Source: Candidatus Accumulibacter adiacens
Lineage (GTDB): Bacteria > Pseudomonadota > Gammaproteobacteria > Burkholderiales > Rhodocyclaceae
Assembly (NCBI GenBank): GCA_000987445.1
Contig: LBIU01000016.1
Location: 1 to 43,002, forward strand
Direction of reading: 5' to 3'
Length of the DNA: 43,002 bases
The notes below the pieces were generated by a model. It worked only from the letters and a program-made list of their open reading frames with translations, was not told the origin of the DNA and ran no database searches. Of the stretch, positions 29,870 to 40,356 are shown one piece after another; positions within the stretch are counted from its first letter, which is position 1, and every line of letters starts with the position of its first letter. Position numbers and translations under genes: made by a program.

Positions 29870-31309
29870 TCAGCGCTCCGCCCGGGCACTGCAGGCTGCG
29901 GCCTCCATCGCCGAACGCTCAAAGCCGGCCTGGGCTTGGCCAGCACGGCACTCCCAGACCGGCTCGACACCCTTCTCGCCCGGGGCACAGGCAAACTCGG
30001 CATCGACGCCAAGCCCGGCAACCCAGACCAGCCGTTCAGCGCAGTACAACAGCGGCAGGCGCGCGCGTTCCCAGGGCGGCACGGCGGCTTCCTGTAACAG
30101 CTTGCGCAGAGGCCTGGCGGGTCGCCGGGCGTCGGGCCGCAGGCGCTCGCCGCCTTGCCTAACGCGGAGAACAACGGGAGCAGCGGCGAGCAGGCGGCGG
30201 CTGATGCCTCTTCCTGTCCGGTCAACGAAGGCCACCCGCCCATCGCCCCACGCCAGCCCCAGCTCGCCATTCCAGGGCAGTGACAGGCCAGCAACGGCCG
30301 GGCGCTGCGCAAGGACGTACAACTCGCCCCGATAGGCATGCACTTCGCCATCGACGGTGGCTATGCAGGTCTGCGAACCGGCCGTCGCCGTCTTCAGCTG
30401 CCGCAGCGCTTCGTCAAGCCAGCGCGCCTCCGGTGCGCGAAAGCCGCTGGCCAGCAGTTCCGAGCGCAACAGGTTGCGTGCTCGCGGCGACGAAAGCGCA
30501 TTGAAACGCGCCAGTTCAATGCGCCCGCACTCACTGCTCAGGCCAGCCCGATCGGCCTTCGCCAGTTCATCGAGAAGCTCGGTCGCCTCGGCGAAATGGC
30601 GCGCGGCACGCGCCAGTGCCCGAGCGGCGCCGGGGAACTGCACGGCGATGCGCGGCATGACTTCGCGTCGCAAGTAGTTCCGCCGATAGTGGGAATCGCG
30701 ATTGCTTTCGTCTTCGATCCACGCCAGGGAATGCTCTTCCGCATAGCGCACGATCAGCGACCGCGAAACATCAAGCAGCGGGCGCATCAGGCGCGGACCG
30801 TCGGACAGCGGCCGCTCGGCAGGCATCCCGGCGGCGCCGGCAACCCCCGCACCGCGCAGCAACCGGAAGAGAACCGTCTCGGCCTGATCGTCGCGATGAT
30901 GGGCGAGTGCCAAGCAGTCGGCTCGACAGGCGGCAAATGCCGCATGACGCACGCGCCGAGCGGCGCCTTCGAGACCCTCACCGCTGACACGTGGCACCTC
31001 GACGCGAGCAATTTCCAGCGGCACTTGCAGGCGCCGACAGAAGTCGCCGCAGAAATCCGCCCAGGCACCGGAGTTGCGGCTCAGACCGTGATCAACATGA
31101 ATCGCCGAGAGATCAATTTGCAGCCCTGAGCGACGCAGGCGGTCGAGCGCGTGCAGCAACACCACCGAGTCGACGCCTCCGGACAGCCCGACGCACAGCC
31201 GAGATCCGGGCCGTAGTCGCGCCTCGAGAAACGCCGCAAGCGTCTGCAGAATTGGGCCTGCAGCGTCCCCCAAGCCGGCCTTAATGTGAAAGCCCCACAA
31301 GCGCCTCAC
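29870..31309 (-). CDS. tilS: tRNA(Ile)-lysidine synthetase (start uncertain)
   Basis: SGGVDS PP-loop, HHRDDQAET, RPLL, DESN, RNYLR. Confidence 0.95.
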   Translation of the reverse strand: MRRLWGFHIKAGLGDAAGPILQTLAAFLEARLRPGSRLCVGLSGGVDSVVLLHALDRLRRSGLQIDLSAIHVDHGLSRNSGAWADFCGDFCRRLQVPLEIARVEVPRVSGEGLEGAARRVRHAAFAACRADCLALAHHRDDQAETVLFRLLRGAGVAGAAGMPAERPLSDGPRLMRPLLDVSRSLIVRYAEEHSLAWIEDESNRDSHYRRNYLRREVMPRIAVQFPGAARALARAARHFAEATELLDELAKADRAGLSSECGRIELARFNALSSPRARNLLRSELLASGFRAPEARWLDEALRQLKTATAGSQTCIATVDGEVHAYRGELYVLAQRPAVAGLSLPWNGELGLAWGDGRVAFVDRTGRGISRRLLAAAPVVLRVRQGGERLRPDARRPARPLRKLLQEAAVPPWERARLPLLYCAERLVWVAGLGVDAEFACAPGEKGVEPVWECRAGQAQAGFERSAMEAAACSARAER

Positions 31310-31348
31310 GAAACGCCCGCCTCCCCTTACGGGCCAGGGGCCGGAGGT

Positions 31349-31505
31349 GAGGCGGGGAATTCAGGGAGCATGCTCCCTGCCCGCCGAACGATTCCGGCGT
31401 GCAAGCCGGAATGCGCACTGCCAGTGGAGGCGGTAAATTCCGGGAGCATGACTTCCTGCCCGGCAAACGATTCCGGCGTGCAAGCGGCAATACGCACGGC
31501 AAGTG
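31349..31505. repeat. Two-copy tandem repeat (78 + 79 bp) with internal palindromes
   Basis: 31349-31426 and 31427-31505 align with ~12 differences by hand. Confidence 0.85.
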
Positions 31506-31528
31506 CACGCTAACGGCCATGCAGACCG

Positions 31529-32497
31529 TTAGCGGCGCGCCTGCTCTTTGACCCGACCATAGGCCATCAGACGCTCAAGGCGAGTCTTCAGCAAGTCGCG
31601 AGTCGGCACCGGCGCCAGTTTCTGCAAGGCATCCTGCAGAGCCGCCTTGAGGTTTCTCGCCATCGCCTGATGCGCACGATGCGCACCACCGGTCGGCTCT
31701 TCGACGATGCTGTCAATCAAGCCCAGCGCCTGCAAGCGCGGCGCGGTGATACCCATGATTTCGGCAGCGGTGCTTGCTTTTTCAGCGCTCTTCCAGAGAA
31801 TCGTCGCGCAACCTTCGGGCGAAATCACCGAGTAGGTCGAGTACTCCAGCATCTGCACCACATCGCCAACGCCGATGGCCAGTGCACCGCCAGAGCCACC
31901 CTCACCGATGACGGTGACGATGATTGGTACTTTCAGCTCAGCCATTACGTAGAGATTGCGACCGATCGCCTCCGACTGCCCACGCTCCTCGGCGTCGATG
32001 CCCGGGTAGGCCCCCGGCGTATCGATGAAGGTCAACACCGGTATGCGAAACTTCTCGGCCAGGCGCATCAGCCGCATGGCCTTGCGATAGCCCTCCGGAC
32101 GCGGCATACCGAAGTTGCGAAAAATCTTTTCCTTGGTGTCGCGACCCTTCTGATGACCAATCACCATCACCGGCTGACCGTTGAAGCGGGCCAGACCGCC
32201 GACGATCGCATGGTCGTCGGCAAAGGCGCGGTCACCGTGCAACTCCTCGAAGTCGGTGAAGATCAGCGACAGGTAATCGAGCGTGTAAGGGCGCTGCGGA
32301 TGGCGCGCCACCTGCGACACCTGCCACGCCGAAAGCTTGGCATAGGTGTCCTTGGTGAGCGTCTGGCTCTTCTTCTCGAGGCGGCCGATTTCGTCAGAGA
32401 TATCGACCGCAGAATCGTCCTGAGCAAAGCGCAGCGCTTCAATCTTGCCTTCGAGATCGGCGATCGGTTGTTCAAAGTCGAGGAAACTGGTTTTCAT
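31529..32497 (-). CDS. accA: Acetyl-CoA carboxylase carboxyltransferase alpha
   Basis: [31 protein letters not shown]. Confidence 0.98.
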   Translation of the reverse strand: MKTSFLDFEQPIADLEGKIEALRFAQDDSAVDISDEIGRLEKKSQTLTKDTYAKLSAWQVSQVARHPQRPYTLDYLSLIFTDFEELHGDRAFADDHAIVGGLARFNGQPVMVIGHQKGRDTKEKIFRNFGMPRPEGYRKAMRLMRLAEKFRIPVLTFIDTPGAYPGIDAEERGQSEAIGRNLYVMAELKVPIIVTVIGEGGSGGALAIGVGDVVQMLEYSTYSVISPEGCATILWKSAEKASTAAEIMGITAPRLQALGLIDSIVEEPTGGAHRAHQAMARNLKAALQDALQKLAPVPTRDLLKTRLERLMAYGRVKEQARR

Positions 32498-32859
32498 CAG
32501 GCCCAACCGTATTGGTAAACATGCGGGTTTGCAATAGCCCGGCATTCTACCGCGAAAGACCGCGTCGAGCTTTGCTGCAAGAGAAAACGAAGCCCGCGAA
32601 GTCAATACGCGAAGGGAAGCGGGTCGAAGCTGCGCCAAGGCTGGCAGGGAGGCAGCTGTCGCCATGGCAATAGTGCCTGGCCATCGCCTGCTGCAGACCG
32701 TTATCGTCAAGCGGGAAGAAAGCGGAGCGCCGCCGAACATTGGCCGCGAGCTTGAAAAAACGCCGCCGCTGGCCTCCAGGAGGTCAGCGGCGGACGAATG
32801 CTGCATGCGGGCAAAGTGAAAGCCGTGAGTCAGTGACTCCGCCCAGAGAGGCTACCTAC

Positions 32860-34470
32860 CTACTTGATTACCAGCTCCGGTCCCATCAGGGCGTACGGCA
32901 AAGCGGTAGAGATCCACGGCACGTAGGTCACCAGCACGAGGAACAGCATCAGCACGCCGACAAAGGGCATCGCTGCCTTCACCACGGTCGCCAGACTCAT
33001 GTTGGTAATGCCCGAAGTCACGAACAAGTTCAGGCCAATCGGCGGGGTAATCATGCCGATCTCCATGTTCACCACCATGATGATCCCCAGATGGATCGGG
33101 TCAACCCCCAGTTCCATGGCGATCGGAAAGACCACCGGCGCGACGATCACCAGCAGACCGGAAGGCTCCATGAACTGGCCACCGATAAGCAGCAGGATGT
33201 TCACCGCAATCAGGAAGGTGAACCAGGTGAAACCCGCTTCCAACATCCATGCCGTAATGTCCTGTGGAATGCGTTCCGCCGACAGGGTATGGGCAAACAG
33301 CAGTGCGTTGGCAATGATGAACATCAGCATCACCGTCGTACGGGTAGCGTGCAGGATGGTCGCACGCGACTCGGTGCCAAACAGCGCCGGGAAGAAATTC
33401 TTGACCAGCAACACCAGATTCCGACGCCAGATGCCCAGACCGCCCATCAAGCACTTCGCGATTGACCCATGCGCACGGCCCACCTTGACCAGATAGCCGA
33501 TGAAGATGGCGGCCGACATCAGCAAGCCCCAGAACGCCCGTATCTTGCCGGTCGCTTCCATGCCGTCGGTGGCGAAGAAGGACAGGATCATCCAGACCAT
33601 GAAGAACGAGACGGCGTAGACGCCAGCGTTGAAGCCAACACGAGCCGAGTGGTGGTCCGAGGCTTCAACCCAGGGAGTCTCCTTCAAGGGCCCCATGTCG
33701 CGATAGACGAACAGGGCCACCAGAATGGAGTAGACCGCGGCGACAACGGCGGCTTCCGTAGGCGTGAATACACCGCCATAGATACCGCCCATGATGATCA
33801 CCACCAGAAACAGTCCCCAGCCGGCTTCCTTGGCGCCGTCCAGGATCGCGCCGAAACCCCGCCACTCTTCCTTCGGCAGCCCCTTGACCCGGGCAACGAC
33901 GTAGATGGCCCCCATCAGCATCAGACCGGCAATCAAACCCGGAACAACACCGGCGAGGAACATCCGTCCGACGGAAACGTCGGTGGCAGCCGCATAGACC
34001 ACCATCACGATCGACGGTGGAATCAGGATACCGAGGGTACCGGCGTTGCAGATGATGCCTGCCGCGAATTCCTTCGAATAACCGACCTGCCGCATGCCGG
34101 CAATGGCGATGGTACCGATGGCGACCACCGTCGCTGGCGATGAACCCGACAAGGCTGCAAACATCATGCAGGCAAGCACCGAGGCCATGGCCAAGCCACC
34201 CTGGAAGTGGCCGACACTGGCGATCGCAAAATTGATCAGTCGCTTCGCCACACCCCCTGTCGACATGAACGCCGAAGCCAGGATGAAGAAAGGAATAGCC
34301 AGCAGCGTGTAGTTCTGCCCGGCGCCAAACAGCTGAATGGCCACCGACGACAGCGAGTCGTGGGAAAAGAAGGTGACGAAAAGTATCGCAGACAAGCCGA
34401 GAGAAACGCCGACCGGAACACCGATAAACAGCAGGCCAAGCACCATCGCAAAAAGAAAGAGAGAGTTCAT
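32860..34470 (-). CDS. dctM: TRAP transporter large permease
   Basis: LLAIPFFIL, SGSSPA, GILIPPS, FTPTEA, TPPIG. Confidence 0.95.
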   Translation of the reverse strand: MNSLFLFAMVLGLLFIGVPVGVSLGLSAILFVTFFSHDSLSSVAIQLFGAGQNYTLLAIPFFILASAFMSTGGVAKRLINFAIASVGHFQGGLAMASVLACMMFAALSGSSPATVVAIGTIAIAGMRQVGYSKEFAAGIICNAGTLGILIPPSIVMVVYAAATDVSVGRMFLAGVVPGLIAGLMLMGAIYVVARVKGLPKEEWRGFGAILDGAKEAGWGLFLVVIIMGGIYGGVFTPTEAAVVAAVYSILVALFVYRDMGPLKETPWVEASDHHSARVGFNAGVYAVSFFMVWMILSFFATDGMEATGKIRAFWGLLMSAAIFIGYLVKVGRAHGSIAKCLMGGLGIWRRNLVLLVKNFFPALFGTESRATILHATRTTVMLMFIIANALLFAHTLSAERIPQDITAWMLEAGFTWFTFLIAVNILLLIGGQFMEPSGLLVIVAPVVFPIAMELGVDPIHLGIIMVVNMEIGMITPPIGLNLFVTSGITNMSLATVVKAAMPFVGVLMLFLVLVTYVPWISTALPYALMGPELVIK

Positions 34471-34488
34471 CCTTGGTTCCTTAGTCGT

Positions 34489-35169
34489 TTAGTCTTTCAA
34501 GATGTGCTTGTTCTCTTCGACCATGTCTTCTGCTTCATGGCCGCTGATGAGGAGCTTACGGTGGCCGGTTGCGATATCGACGAAAGCTTGCAAGGAACGG
34601 AACGCCATCAGCGCCAGGCCCACCGGCAGGATCAGCAGCAACAGCCAGCGGTGGACTCGCGACTGAATACCAAAGGCATCCTGCATGAATCCCGGATAGT
34701 GCAGTTCTTCCGAACCAATGCCGATCTTGTACATCTTCAGCCAGTAGTCGATGGCTCCACCCTTGGTATCGACACCGAACAGGGCAATCCAGGATGAATC
34801 GAGCAATACGAGACCGTAAAGCATGCAGCAGGCCGCGCCAATCAAAGACAGCACTTTGGTGACCGGTGAGGGAACGGCCTTGATGATGATGTCAACGCCC
34901 AGGTGCAGGCTGGTGCGCAGACCGTAACCCATGCCCAGAATGATCAGCCAGGAAAAGGCAGTGGTGTTGAATTCGAGAGCCGCCGCCCAGCCGGTATTAA
35001 ATCCGTAGCGGGCGACCACCTGAAAAAATGACACCGCCATGATGGAGGTGATCACCAGCACGAGGAGTGACTCCTCGGCGTGCGCCATGGCCTTCGGGAA
35101 TTTCTTTTCGAGTGCCCAGAGAATTACTATGAAGATCAGAAGGTAAACGTGAAACCAGTAAGCTCCCAT
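34489..35169 (-). CDS. dctQ: TRAP transporter small permease
   Basis: QVVARY, W..E, HLGVD; between dctP and dctM. Confidence 0.9.
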   Translation of the reverse strand: MGAYWFHVYLLIFIVILWALEKKFPKAMAHAEESLLVLVITSIMAVSFFQVVARYGFNTGWAAALEFNTTAFSWLIILGMGYGLRTSLHLGVDIIIKAVPSPVTKVLSLIGAACCMLYGLVLLDSSWIALFGVDTKGGAIDYWLKMYKIGIGSEELHYPGFMQDAFGIQSRVHRWLLLLILPVGLALMAFRSLQAFVDIATGHRKLLISGHEAEDMVEENKHILKD

Positions 35170-35311
35170 GGCATACACCTTTAGTCATGTTCTTGAAAGA
35201 ATGCCATCGCGCCAGAAGAAGCGAGCTCGCAACGAACTAAACCGCTGAGAGCGCAAGGCTGAGGGCACTCGGACGACCCGATTCATGATGCTTTCGCTTG
35301 CGGGCCCAAGG

Positions 35312-35340
35312 AAAAGGGCCAGAAGAATCCTGGCCCTTTC
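35312..35340 (-). terminator. Hairpin/terminator after dctP within the dctPQM operon
   Basis: Minus strand gaaagggccag-gattctt-ctggcccttttc. Confidence 0.7.
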
Positions 35341-35352
35341 CTGTCTGGTAAG

Positions 35353-36351
35353 TTACGAACCAGCCGCAGCCTTGACTGTGTCTGGACCGATTTCCTTCTC
35401 GAACTTCTTCCATACCGGCGTCATAGCTTCCACCCACTTCTTGCGCTGCTCGGGAGTCAGCTTGTTGACCTTGCCGCCCGCCTTGATGATGTTCTCACGG
35501 TTGGTCGCTTCGTCTGCCTTGACTTTCTCATTGGTTTCGTTGGAAACCTCGTCGACGATCTTCAGGAACTGGTCGCGGACGTCAGGCTTGAGGCTGTTGA
35601 GCCAATCTGCCGAGGTCAACAACATATAGGCCAGCAACTGATGGTTGGTTTCGGTGGTGCTGTCCTGAACTTCGAAGAACTTCTGGGTATAGATGTTCGA
35701 CCAGGTGTTTTCCTGACCATCGACAACGCCGGTCTGCAGCGCGCCATAGACTTCAGCGAAGGCCATCGGCTGCGGCGAGGCGCCCATCGCGCCAATCATC
35801 GCCTTGGCCACGTCAGAGGTCTGCACACGGAACTTCATGCCCTTGGCGTCAGCGGGCACGATCAGCGGCTTGTTGGCCGAGAAGTACTTCATGCCCGACA
35901 TCCAGTAACCCAGCCCGACGAAGCCGACACCCTCCATCGACTTGAGAAGCTTCTTGCCCTCGGGCGAGTTGGTGAAACGGATCGCCTGATCAATATCGAC
36001 GAAGATGAACGGCAGATCAAAGACGCCAAGCTTCGGCGTATATGAACCGAACTTGGAGAGCGAGGGAGCCAGCAACTGCACGTCACCGACGAGCAGCGCC
36101 TCAAGTTCCTTACTGTCGCCGAACAAGGTGCTGTTGGGATAAACCTCGATGCACATCTTGCCGTTCATTTCCTTGTTGACGCGTTCCGCCAGACGATTCG
36201 ATGCGACCACCTTCGGGTGCGTCGAGCCACCGGTCACATGGCTGAGCTTGGCGATGACTTCGCCCTTGTCACATTGCGCCGACGCCGCCGTGGCGCTTAC
36301 CGCCATGGCAATTGCGGTCAGGGTCATGCTGATCTTCTTCATGTGCTTCAT
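35353..36351 (-). CDS. dctP: TRAP C4-dicarboxylate-binding periplasmic protein (second copy)
   Basis: Signal peptide, LSHVT, YPNSTL, KFRVQ, DGQENTWSN; AAGGAGG SD. Confidence 0.93.
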   Translation of the reverse strand: MKHMKKISMTLTAIAMAVSATAASAQCDKGEVIAKLSHVTGGSTHPKVVASNRLAERVNKEMNGKMCIEVYPNSTLFGDSKELEALLVGDVQLLAPSLSKFGSYTPKLGVFDLPFIFVDIDQAIRFTNSPEGKKLLKSMEGVGFVGLGYWMSGMKYFSANKPLIVPADAKGMKFRVQTSDVAKAMIGAMGASPQPMAFAEVYGALQTGVVDGQENTWSNIYTQKFFEVQDSTTETNHQLLAYMLLTSADWLNSLKPDVRDQFLKIVDEVSNETNEKVKADEATNRENIIKAGGKVNKLTPEQRKKWVEAMTPVWKKFEKEIGPDTVKAAAGS

Positions 36352-36716
36352 GCGATCTCCTCCTTAAGGAAAGGTACTACGTGTGAATATTTTGTCTTCT
36401 CCGTTCGGCAAGCTGGGTGCCTGCGGCGCAAAGAATAATCATTCTAGTCCTGCAAACGCAAGCGTCAGCCATCGTCGCGTGCTCCATCGATCGCCCTTCT
36501 GACCATCACCGGTCCGGAAGCTGCTGCACTCCGCGACTCAGCGACCGAGCGTAGAGGCCGATCGTTGCGAGGACACTGGCAAGTGTATTCTCGGCTCGCA
36601 GGAGGCGACAGCGTGTCGGCTTCGCGAAGAAAAGCTGTTCGTCAGCAAGCAGTTGTATGATCGAAAACGCCCTCCGGTTCGACGCTGATTCTGACCGATC
36701 ACCTGCTCAACGGCCA

Positions 36717-36732
36717 TTGTGGATTTCCGCAA
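36717..36732. promoter_or_regulatory. Candidate DctR operator 2
   Basis: Near-palindrome TTGTGGATTTCCGCAA ~370 bp upstream of second dctP. Confidence 0.5.
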
Positions 36733-37338
36733 GAGTGACGCTTCGCCGGGCAATCGAAGCTCGCCCTGGTCTGGCAGCGAGTTGCATGCCTCGCACGAAT
36801 AGGGGCACCTGATCAGGTCAGCATGGCCCGTTCGATAACATCGAAAAACATGCTTTCGTCACCGAGCGGCGCAGGCGCCTTTCGTGGACATGCGTCTGAC
36901 AGCGAGAAGCAGGCCCGTGACTGCCCGATTCGACCTTCATACACCACTCAGCGAACCGCCGCCGGACGGCGCGCTGCCATTGCCGCGGACAATCGGGTAA
37001 CGGGTGGTTGACATCACCGCCCTGTTAAAGCAGCCGCATGGGCGCCGGCCGCAGCCCAAGCTTGCCGGCAGAGCGGGCAAGCCTGGGGCAACGAACGGAG
37101 CGCTGCGCCCAGATCCCGGACGCCGGCACCGGCGAGGCACGCTGTGAAGCCCAGCCGAGCTCCGGAAAGCCGCTTCCACACCGCTCGCGGTTTACCGGAA
37201 GCCGTCTGGCCGGACGCGTCACGCGAAGCCGCTGCAATGGATTTTGCATAGCGTGCGCGCTGCCGAGAAGATGGCCGCGCCGTACCGCGATCAAGGATCA
37301 CCGGAGCAGAGTTGCGGACTTCGCCATCCGATTGCCAA

Positions 37339-37368
37339 TTGACGGCGGCGGCGACCGCTACCTATACT
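37339..37368 (+). promoter_or_regulatory. Sigma70 promoter for pyk
   Basis: TTGACG-N18-TATACT ~110 nt upstream of ATG. Confidence 0.6.
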
Positions 37369-37480
37369 GCCGCCCGATCCTCCGCATGCCCCATTCCACA
37401 GCGACGTTTTTCGCGCACGGGTGGCAGCAGCCCGGAGTCTGGAGTCCGGACCGAATCTCGCAGTCATTGAGGAAACCCTG

Positions 37481-38896
<1,416 letters not shown>

Positions 38897-39103
38897 GCCA
38901 CAGCCGACCGGGGCGCGGCCTTCCGGATCAAGCAGACAAACGGACGAAGCAGGCCGCACCCAACCCCAAGCAGAATCGTCTGGCAAGTGCCGCGGCAAGC
39001 AAGCCGCAGGGACTGCGCAGACCTGGCGCTGCGCTACCCCCTTGGCCTGTCGCGGCCGCTGGGTTACGCTCCGCCTGTCGCCACCTCCGCACGGACCCAG
39101 ACC

Positions 39104-40276
39104 ATGTACGCTTCGTCAGCTTCGCACCCCGCCATCGCCATCAAGATCGCCTGCCTGGGCGTCGCCTCCCTGCTGCTGGCTGCCTGCGGCAAGGAACCGG
39201 AAGTTGCCGCACCGCCGCCAGCAGTGGCCGCTGCTCCTGGCGCGACCGACGCCGAGAAGGTGCTCAACGTCTACAACTGGTCGGACTATATCGACCCAGA
39301 GACCGTCAAGAACTTCGAGAAAGCGTACGGGATCAAGGTCAATTACGACGTCTTCGATTCCAACGAAGTGGTCGAGACCAAGCTCCTGGCGGGCAATACC
39401 GGTTACGACCTGGTGATGCCCTCGGCCCAGTTCATGGAACGTCAGATCAAGGCTGGCGTGTTCCAGAAGCTGGACAAGGCCCTGCTGACGAATCTCGGCA
39501 ACATGGATCCGTCGATCATGCAGCGCGTCGCCTTGCACGATCCGGACAACGCGCATTCCGTTCCCTATATGTGGGGGACCGATGGCATTGGCTATAACGT
39601 CGACCAGATCAAGCAGATCATGCCCGATGCGCCGCTGGACTCCTGGGCACTGGTGCTCGATCCGAAGGTCGCCGCCAAATTCAAGGATTGCGGAATCTCG
39701 ATCCTTGATGCCGCCTCCGACATCCGCAGCATCGTCCTGATCTACCTCGGCAAGGATCCCAACAGCCAGGATCCCGAGGATCTGAAACTGGTCGAGGAGC
39801 AACTGATGCAGATCCGCCCCTATGTGCGCAAGATCAATTCATCGCAATACATCGAGGATCTGGCCAACGGCGAGCTGTGCATTGCGGTCGGCTACAGTGG
39901 CGACATACTGCAAGCCCGCGATCGCGCCAAGGAGGCCGGCAAGGGTGTGAATGTGGCCTACTCCCTGCCGAAGGAAGGGACGATCATCTGGTTCGACATG
40001 ATGGTCATTCCGGCCGATGCCAAGCATCCGCGCAATGCGCATCTGTTCATCGACTACCTGATGCAAGCGCAGGTGGCGGCGAACAACTCCAACGCGGTGC
40101 ATTATCCGAACGGCAATCTCGCTTCGGAGCAATTCATCGATCCCGAGGTGAAGAACGATCCCAGCGTCTTCCCCAGCGCCGAGGTGAAAGCCAAGCTGTC
40201 ACCCGAGCTGGCAGTTGGCGACGAATACAACCGCCTGTTGACCCGCAGCTGGACGCGCTTCCAGACAGGCCAGTGA
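39104..40276 (+). CDS. potF: Putrescine ABC transporter substrate-binding protein (lipoprotein-like)
   Basis: LNVYNWSDYI, PYMWG, SGD, PKEG..IWFD; LLAAC lipobox. Confidence 0.9.
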   Translation: MYASSASHPAIAIKIACLGVASLLLAACGKEPEVAAPPPAVAAAPGATDAEKVLNVYNWSDYIDPETVKNFEKAYGIKVNYDVFDSNEVVETKLLAGNTGYDLVMPSAQFMERQIKAGVFQKLDKALLTNLGNMDPSIMQRVALHDPDNAHSVPYMWGTDGIGYNVDQIKQIMPDAPLDSWALVLDPKVAAKFKDCGISILDAASDIRSIVLIYLGKDPNSQDPEDLKLVEEQLMQIRPYVRKINSSQYIEDLANGELCIAVGYSGDILQARDRAKEAGKGVNVAYSLPKEGTIIWFDMMVIPADAKHPRNAHLFIDYLMQAQVAANNSNAVHYPNGNLASEQFIDPEVKNDPSVFPSAEVKAKLSPELAVGDEYNRLLTRSWTRFQTGQ

Positions 40277-40356
40277 TGGCCGTCAATGTGAAAGTCGCGC
40301 AGGCCACTCACGAAGCGCCCTTCTCCCTTCGCGGGGCATTTCGCGCGGGCACTTGA

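Noticed and set aside
31349-31505. tRNA pair or CRISPR array (units ~78 bp, one ends ccgcctcca on the minus strand)
   Set aside because: No TTCGA T-loop or cloverleaf; only two units and no unique spacers or cas genes
21106-32806. Long N-terminal extensions on ispG, rlmN, accA and dctS in the ORF track
   Set aside because: Artefacts of longest-ORF calling; family homology begins at downstream ATGs
36505-36530. SRP RNA-like GGTCCGGAAG
   Set aside because: Lacks the CAGG...GGAAGCAGC context and the long flanking stem
36772-36786. Sigma54-like TGGCA..TTGCA (also on the minus strand near 36458-36472)
   Set aside because: GG-to-GC spacing is 9 nt, not the required 10
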